Assembly (NCBI GenBank): GCA_016193065.1
Contig: JACPSX010000017.1
Span: 1-10,981 of the forward strand
Direction: 5' to 3'
DNA from: Candidatus Tectimicrobiota bacterium
GTDB taxonomy: Bacteria; JACPSX01
DNA: 10,981 nt
Below are positions 6,095 to 10,981 of this stretch, piece by piece; the first letter of the stretch is position 1, and every line of letters begins with the position of its first letter. The notes under the pieces are model-generated. The model was given only the letters and a program-made list of their open reading frames with translations, had not been told where the DNA came from and made no database searches. A program made the translations under genes and the position numbers.

Positions 6095-7264
6095 ATGGAA
6101 AGTCTCAAAGCGGGAGCGCAGGTCATCGAAGGGAACACCGCGGCGGTCATCGCTGCCGCCCTCGCCCGCGTGCAGGTGATTGCGGCTTACCCGATCACCC
6201 CCTCCAGCCCCATCGTGGAGAGCCTCTCCGATTTGTGCGCCCAAGGCAAACTCCAGGCCCGCTTTATTCCCGTGGAATCTGAACATTCCGCCATGGCCGC
6301 TTGCATTGGAGCGGCCATGACCGGATGCCGGACCTTTACGGCCACCTCTTCCCAAGGGCTGGCCCTCATGCACGAGCTTCTGCACTGGTCGGCCGGCAGC
6401 CGTCTTCCGATCGTTCTGGTAAATGTGAATCGGGCCCTGGCTCCCCCCTGGACCATCTTCTGCGACCAGAGCGATGCGTTCTCCCAAAGGGACACGGGGT
6501 GGATGCAGATTTACTGCGAAACCGCCCAGGAGGTTTTGGACTCGGTCCTGCAGGCATACCGGATCAGCGAGGAAGTCCTCCTGCCCTGCATGGTGAACAT
6601 GGACGGTTTCTATCTCTCCCACACCGCAGAGCCCGTAGAGGTTCCAGATCCTAAGGAAGTCGATTGCTTTTTGCCTGGTTTTGAACCCCGCTTCCATCTC
6701 GACGCAGCCGATCCTCATGCCTTCGGTGGGGGCACTGCACCGGCCCCCTACATGGAGTTTCGCCATCAGATGCAAGAGGCCATGGAGGAGGCCAAGGACC
6801 GGATCGTGAGGGTGGGTGAAGAATTCGGCCGGCAGTTCGGCCGTTCCTACGGCTTGCTGGAACTCTACCGGGCAGAGAATGCCTCCCTTCTGGTGGTCAC
6901 CTCGGGCTCGATCACCGGTACTGCGCGCGAAGCCGTGGACGGGCTCCGGGATCAAGGGCTCGCCGTAGGGCTGCTGCGGGTGCGGTTCCTGCGACCTTTT
7001 CCCGCTGAAGAGGTACGTCGGGCGGTTTCAAGCGCAGAAACTCTCCTGGTTCTGGACCGGGCCGTCTCTTACGGCCAGGGGGGCACCTTAGCCCAGGAAT
7101 TCAAGGCAGCCCTCTACGGCCAGGACCGGCTTCAAATTTTCTCGATCGTCATGGGACTCGGCGGCGCTCCGGTGACCCGGCAGATGATCGAGGAGACCAC
7201 CCTGATGGCCCTGGAGAGGACGCTGGATCCCTGCCGGTCTCACTGGCTTGGAGGAACGATATGA
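6095..7264 (+). CDS. vorA: 2-oxoacid:ferredoxin oxidoreductase alpha subunit, 2-ketoisovalerate (VorA)-like, 389 aa
   Basis: AYPITP, VESEHSAMAACIGA, TFTATSSQGLALMHE, LHW, NRALAPPW, QRDTGWMQ, LSHT and RPFP. The LHW and APPW variants resemble Thermococcales VorA as I recall it, so the subfamily is less certain than the family. ATG abuts the upstream TAA, with a GGGAG RBS. Confidence 0.88.
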   Translation: MESLKAGAQVIEGNTAAVIAAALARVQVIAAYPITPSSPIVESLSDLCAQGKLQARFIPVESEHSAMAACIGAAMTGCRTFTATSSQGLALMHELLHWSAGSRLPIVLVNVNRALAPPWTIFCDQSDAFSQRDTGWMQIYCETAQEVLDSVLQAYRISEEVLLPCMVNMDGFYLSHTAEPVEVPDPKEVDCFLPGFEPRFHLDAADPHAFGGGTAPAPYMEFRHQMQEAMEEAKDRIVRVGEEFGRQFGRSYGLLELYRAENASLLVVTSGSITGTAREAVDGLRDQGLAVGLLRVRFLRPFPAEEVRRAVSSAETLLVLDRAVSYGQGGTLAQEFKAALYGQDRLQIFSIVMGLGGAPVTRQMIEETTLMALERTLDPCRSHWLGGTI

Positions 7265-9498
7265 TCGGCGCTCAACCTCCATTGTCCCTGCCCGCCCCGG
7301 AACTGATGGGGGCCGGCAACTTGGCCTGCGCAGGCTGCGGAGCCAACCTGGCCATGCGTCTGGCTTTGAAGGCCCTGGGAGAGAAGACCATCGTCCTGAT
7401 CCCCGCCTCTTGCTGGGCCGTCTTTGACGGCCCGTATCCGTTCTCCTCTCTGCGCGTCCCCCTGCTCCACGTGGCCTTTGAGGCAGCCGCTTCAACCGCT
7501 GCCGGCGTACGGGCAGGCCTTGCGGCCCGGGGAGATGATCAGACGCTGGTCATGGCGTGGGCAGGAGACGGGGGGACTTTCGACATCGGTCTGCAGGCCC
7601 TGTCTGCTGCGGCGGAGCGGAACGACGATTTCCTCTTTGTCTGCTATGACAATGAAGCCTACATGAACACGGGAATCCAGCGCAGTTCAGCCACGCCGCA
7701 GCAAGCTTGGACGACGACGACCCCCCTCCCAACTCCCAAAAGCCAGCCCAAGAAAAACATCATGGCCATCATGGCCGCCCATCGGATCCCTTATGGTGCT
7801 ACGGCCTGCGTAGCCTATCCCGAAGATTTGGTCGAAAAATTCCGGACCGCCCGGGAGATTCGAGGGTTCCGGTTTATCCACCTTCTAGCGCCCTGCCCCC
7901 CGGGGTGGAAGTGTGACCCCTCGCTCACGGTAACCCTGGGGAGGCTCGCGGTCAGGAGCTGTTACTTCCCTCTCTATGAGGTTCGTGCGGGGAAGAACTA
8001 CCGGATCACCATTCAGGAAAACCAGACTCCCCTCCAGGATTACGTGGCCCCCCAAGGGAGGTTCCAACACCTCACCTCGGCGGACATAGAAACCCTGGAA
8101 CGGGAAGTTCAAGAAGAATGGCAGAGGCTCCAGAGTTGCGCCTCATCGCAGACTCCGCCTTCCAGCATCCAGTTCGTCCCCATCCGGAGGAAAAAGACCA
8201 TGTATTGGGAAAAAGAGATGGAGTGCATGCCCCGTGAAGAGCTCAGGACCGTTCAGCTTCGCAGGCTGAGGGATACGGTACAGCGTGTTTCGGAAAAGGT
8301 CCCCTTCTACCAGGCAATCCTCAAGGAAAGAGGGGTGCAGGCGGACGACATCCGCTCCCTGGAAGACATAAAGGGCTTGCCTTTCACACTGAAGGACGAC
8401 TTCCGCAAGACCTATCCGTTTGGCCTCTTTGCCGTTCCGCTCAAAGAAATCGGCCGGATTCATGCCTCCTCGGGAACCACGGGGAAACCCATTCTGGGCG
8501 GGTACACACGCAAGGATCTAGATCTGTGGAGCGATCTCATGGCCCGCACGTTGACAGCGGGCTCCGTCACCCACGAAGACGTGGTGCAGAACGGCTACGG
8601 CTACGGCCTTTTCACGGGCGGGTTGGGCTTCCACATGGGAGCCGAGCGCATCGGAGCTGTGGTCATCCCTATGTCGGCGAGCGCTACAGACAGGCAAATC
8701 CTGTTCATGCAGGACCTGGGTCCCACAGTCCTTACCTGCACCCCCTCCTTTGCCCTTTACCTGGCAGAGACCATGGAGGGCATGGGAATCGACCCGCGCA
8801 AGCTCAAGCTGCGGGTGGGATTCTTCGGCGCCGAGCCTTGGACCGCGGAAGCCCGCCGCCAGATCGAGGAAAAACTCGGCTTGAGAGCCCATGACATATA
8901 CGGCCTCACGGAGATCATCGGGCCCGGAGTTTCAGTGGAGTGCGAGGCTCAAAACGGACTCCATTTGAACGAGGATCACTTCTACCCGGAGCTGATCAAT
9001 CCCGACACCCTGGAGCCCGTGGGCCCCGGCGAACCGGGGGAGCTTGTGCTGACCACCCTGACCAAGGAAGCTCTGTCGGTCCTCCGCTATCGCACCCGGG
9101 ACATCACCACCCTGAACTGGAGTCCCTGTGAATGCGGGCGTACCCTGGTCCGCATGGGGAAGGTTCTCGGTCGCAGCGACGACATGCTCATATACAGGGG
9201 AGCCAACCTCTACCCCTCTCAGGTGGAGGGCCTCCTCTTCGCCTTTGCGGAGCTGGAGCCCATCTATCTGATTGTCCTGAGCCGGGAAAAGCAACGCGAT
9301 GAACTTGAGATCCGGGTGGAGGCCAAGCCCGAGATTTACCGGGGTGGCCCCACAGCCCTCATGGAACTGGCCCAACGGATCCAGAACAAGTTCCGGGACT
9401 TCATCAACCTGTCTCCCAGGATCTCCGTGGTGGAGAGGGGATCCATCGAGCGCAGCATCGGCAAGGCCAAGCGGGTTATGGACCTGCGGGCGCAATAG
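7261..9498 (+). CDS. vorB: In-frame fusion: 2-oxoacid oxidoreductase beta subunit (VorB/PorB-like, about aa 1-292) plus phenylacetate-CoA ligase family domain (aa 314-745)
   Basis: Beta part: ACAGCG, IPASC, TPP motif WAGDGGTFDIGLQALS...YDNEAYMNTGIQRS, AHRIPY and APCPPGW. ATGA overlap with the alpha gene and GGAGG at 7250-7254. No stop before 9496-9498. Confidence 0.88.
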   Translation: MIGAQPPLSLPAPELMGAGNLACAGCGANLAMRLALKALGEKTIVLIPASCWAVFDGPYPFSSLRVPLLHVAFEAAASTAAGVRAGLAARGDDQTLVMAWAGDGGTFDIGLQALSAAAERNDDFLFVCYDNEAYMNTGIQRSSATPQQAWTTTTPLPTPKSQPKKNIMAIMAAHRIPYGATACVAYPEDLVEKFRTAREIRGFRFIHLLAPCPPGWKCDPSLTVTLGRLAVRSCYFPLYEVRAGKNYRITIQENQTPLQDYVAPQGRFQHLTSADIETLEREVQEEWQRLQSCASSQTPPSSIQFVPIRRKKTMYWEKEMECMPREELRTVQLRRLRDTVQRVSEKVPFYQAILKERGVQADDIRSLEDIKGLPFTLKDDFRKTYPFGLFAVPLKEIGRIHASSGTTGKPILGGYTRKDLDLWSDLMARTLTAGSVTHEDVVQNGYGYGLFTGGLGFHMGAERIGAVVIPMSASATDRQILFMQDLGPTVLTCTPSFALYLAETMEGMGIDPRKLKLRVGFFGAEPWTAEARRQIEEKLGLRAHDIYGLTEIIGPGVSVECEAQNGLHLNEDHFYPELINPDTLEPVGPGEPGELVLTTLTKEALSVLRYRTRDITTLNWSPCECGRTLVRMGKVLGRSDDMLIYRGANLYPSQVEGLLFAFAELEPIYLIVLSREKQRDELEIRVEAKPEIYRGGPTALMELAQRIQNKFRDFINLSPRISVVERGSIERSIGKAKRVMDLRAQ
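8200..9498 (+). CDS. paaK: Phenylacetate-CoA ligase (PaaK) family AMP-forming acyl-CoA ligase, 432 aa, with an internal start inside the fused ORF
   Basis: GGAGG at 8186-8190, 9 nt, then ATG at 8200 (MYWEKEMECMPREEL). Motifs LPFTLKDD, YPFGLFAVP, IHASSGTTGKP, YGYGLFTGGLG, GAEPW, DIYGLTEIIGPG, RYRTRD, GRSDDM and GKAKRVMDLR. The substrate is not established. Confidence 0.88.
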   Translation: MYWEKEMECMPREELRTVQLRRLRDTVQRVSEKVPFYQAILKERGVQADDIRSLEDIKGLPFTLKDDFRKTYPFGLFAVPLKEIGRIHASSGTTGKPILGGYTRKDLDLWSDLMARTLTAGSVTHEDVVQNGYGYGLFTGGLGFHMGAERIGAVVIPMSASATDRQILFMQDLGPTVLTCTPSFALYLAETMEGMGIDPRKLKLRVGFFGAEPWTAEARRQIEEKLGLRAHDIYGLTEIIGPGVSVECEAQNGLHLNEDHFYPELINPDTLEPVGPGEPGELVLTTLTKEALSVLRYRTRDITTLNWSPCECGRTLVRMGKVLGRSDDMLIYRGANLYPSQVEGLLFAFAELEPIYLIVLSREKQRDELEIRVEAKPEIYRGGPTALMELAQRIQNKFRDFINLSPRISVVERGSIERSIGKAKRVMDLRAQ

Positions 9499-9508
9499 GA
9501 GACCACCC

Positions 9509-10621
9509 ATGGCAAGAATTGCCGTCATCCCCGGAGACGGCATCGGCGTGGACGTCACCCGGGAAGCCATCAAGGTCCTGGAGACCTTAAGGGAGCTGAT
9601 GGGGACTCCACTGGAACTCGTCGAGTTCGATCTGGGCGCCGAGCGAACCCTGAGGACAGGGGTGTCCCTTCCTCCAGGAACCTTCGAGGATTTCCGGCAA
9701 AACTACGATGGGATCTTCCTGGGCGCCCTGGGGGACCCGCGGATTCCCGACATGTCTCACGCCCGGGAGATCCTCCTGGAGATGCGCTTTCAACTGGATC
9801 TCTACATCAACCACCGCCCCGTCCGCCTCCTGGACGAATCCCTCTGCCCTCTGAAAGGTAAAGGAGTAAGCGACGTCAACTTCGTGGTCTTCCGGGAAAA
9901 CACCGAGGGGCTCTATGTGGGCATCGGAGGAATCTTCAAGAAGGGGACGCCGGATGAGGTGGCCCTTCAGGAAGAAGTGAACACCCGCAAGGGGGTCGAG
10001 AGGATCATTCGCCACAGTTTTGAGTACGCCCGGGCCCATGGCCTGGGCAAGGTGACCATGGCGGACAAGAGCAACGCCCTGCGCTACGGCCACGATCTCT
10101 GGCAGCGTGCCTTCCAGGAAGTGGCAGCGGAGTACCCGGAAGTGGAAGCGGAGCATCTCTTCATCGATGCCCTGACCATGCAGATGATCCGCAAACCGGA
10201 GCAATTCCAGGTCATCGTGACGAACAACATGTTTGGCGACATTATCACAGATCTCGGCGCTGCACTCCAGGGCGGGCTGGGCATGGCGGCTTCCGGGAAC
10301 ATCAACCCGAACGGTGTCTCCATGTTCGAGCCGGTCCACGGGTCAGCTCCAAAGTATGCGGGGCAGAACGTGGCCAATCCCATCGGGGCCGTCCTCACGG
10401 CGCAGATGATGCTCCAGCACCTGGGCTTCCCACGGGAGGCGGCGGTGGTGGAAGAGGCAGTCGTGGAGGCAATCCGCCGCCGGCAAGTGACGCGTGACCT
10501 GGGAGGCCCTCTGGGCACGCGAGAGGTAGGGGATTTCATCCGTCGGGAGATCGGTGAATTGGCCAAAACCATGACGCACGGCAACTCATTGGGGCGTGCG
10601 ACGGGCACCCGTCCATCGTGA
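9509..10621 (+). CDS. leuB: Isocitrate/isopropylmalate dehydrogenase family protein (LeuB-like), 370 aa
   Basis: ATG 9509 follows AGGAG (9497-9501), which overlaps the upstream stop. Motifs IAVIPGDGIG, R..LDLYINHRP, FRENTEGLY, DKSNAL, FIDALTM, NMFGDIITD and FEPVHGSAPKYAGQNVANP. Confidence 0.88.
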   Translation: MARIAVIPGDGIGVDVTREAIKVLETLRELMGTPLELVEFDLGAERTLRTGVSLPPGTFEDFRQNYDGIFLGALGDPRIPDMSHAREILLEMRFQLDLYINHRPVRLLDESLCPLKGKGVSDVNFVVFRENTEGLYVGIGGIFKKGTPDEVALQEEVNTRKGVERIIRHSFEYARAHGLGKVTMADKSNALRYGHDLWQRAFQEVAAEYPEVEAEHLFIDALTMQMIRKPEQFQVIVTNNMFGDIITDLGAALQGGLGMAASGNINPNGVSMFEPVHGSAPKYAGQNVANPIGAVLTAQMMLQHLGFPREAAVVEEAVVEAIRRRQVTRDLGGPLGTREVGDFIRREIGELAKTMTHGNSLGRATGTRPS

Positions 10622-10631
10622 AGGAAACGCC

Positions 10632-10981
10632 ATGGGAATGACGATCAGCGAGAAGATCCTGGCCGGTCACTCGGGAAAACCCGAAGTGGAGCCTGGCCAG
10701 CTCCTCTTTGCAAAGGTGGACCTTTCCCTGGCCACGGATATCGTCACCGCGCTGACCGTCCAGGTCTTCGAGGAGATGGGGGGGAAGATGCTCGCCGATC
10801 CGGAACGGATCGTTCTGGTCAACGATCACTATGTACCTGCCAAGGACATTGCGTCGGCCAAGCTCTCCAAGACCATGCGGGAGTTTGCCCGCCGCTACGG
10901 GATTAAATACTACTACGAGGTGGGCCGGGCCGGAATCTGTCACGTTCTCCTCCCCGAGGAGGGACACGTCCTCCCGGGAGA
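10632..10981 (+). CDS. leuC: 3-isopropylmalate dehydratase/homoaconitase family large subunit (LeuC type 2), N-terminal part; continues past the right edge
   Basis: Manually translated: MGMTISEKILAGHSGKPEVEPGQLLFAKVDLSLATDIVTALTVQVFEEMGGKMLADPERIVLVNDHYVPAKDIASAKLSKTMREFARRYGIKYYYEVGRAGICHVLLPEEGHVLPG. It has the MTxxEKIL, DHxVP and GICH motifs, with an AAGGA RBS at 10621-10625. Confidence 0.9.
   Translation, partial: MGMTISEKILAGHSGKPEVEPGQLLFAKVDLSLATDIVTALTVQVFEEMGGKMLADPERIVLVNDHYVPAKDIASAKLSKTMREFARRYGIKYYYEVGRAGICHVLLPEEGHVLPG

Noticed and set aside
5915-6955. 346-aa minus-strand ORF, and similar ones at 8932..9573, 9587..10339 and 10536..10967
   Set aside because: Antisense shadows of well-supported plus-strand genes.
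9299-9508. 70-aa N-terminal extension of the LeuB-like ORF
   Set aside because: It overlaps the ligase gene by 200 nt, and the family N-terminus and an AGGAG RBS point to ATG 9509.
1-10981. CRISPR arrays, IS/transposase or phage genes, tRNA/rRNA
   Set aside because: No spaced repeats, terminal repeats or RNA-gene signatures were seen, and nearly all sequence is explained by metabolic CDSs.

Overview
GC-rich prokaryotic, probably bacterial, metabolic locus with two divergent units. On the minus strand is a hydantoinase/oxoprolinase A+B pair: a complete 690-aa A subunit and a B subunit truncated at the left edge (missing from the ORF track). It is preceded by a sigma70-like promoter and an apparently structured leader of about 120 nt. 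On the plus strand is a Cys-rich Crp/Fnr regulator, then a near-consensus FNR box, then a tightly coupled operon. The operon encodes a 2-oxoacid oxidoreductase gamma subunit, a delta subunit carrying an inserted and circularly permuted GltD/NfnB-like NADP(H) flavoprotein module, a VorA-like alpha subunit, and a VorB-like beta subunit fused in frame to a PaaK-family CoA ligase that keeps its own RBS and ATG. It continues with a LeuB-family dehydrogenase with an NADP-type KY motif and a LeuC-family large subunit truncated at the right edge. The best hypothesis, which is inference, is an anaerobically induced NADP(H)-linked module connecting a carboxylic acid, its acyl-CoA and the 2-oxoacid to 2-oxoacid chain elongation or the catabolic equivalent. 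No mobile elements, RNA genes or CRISPR arrays were seen. Family calls come from motif recognition, not database searches.
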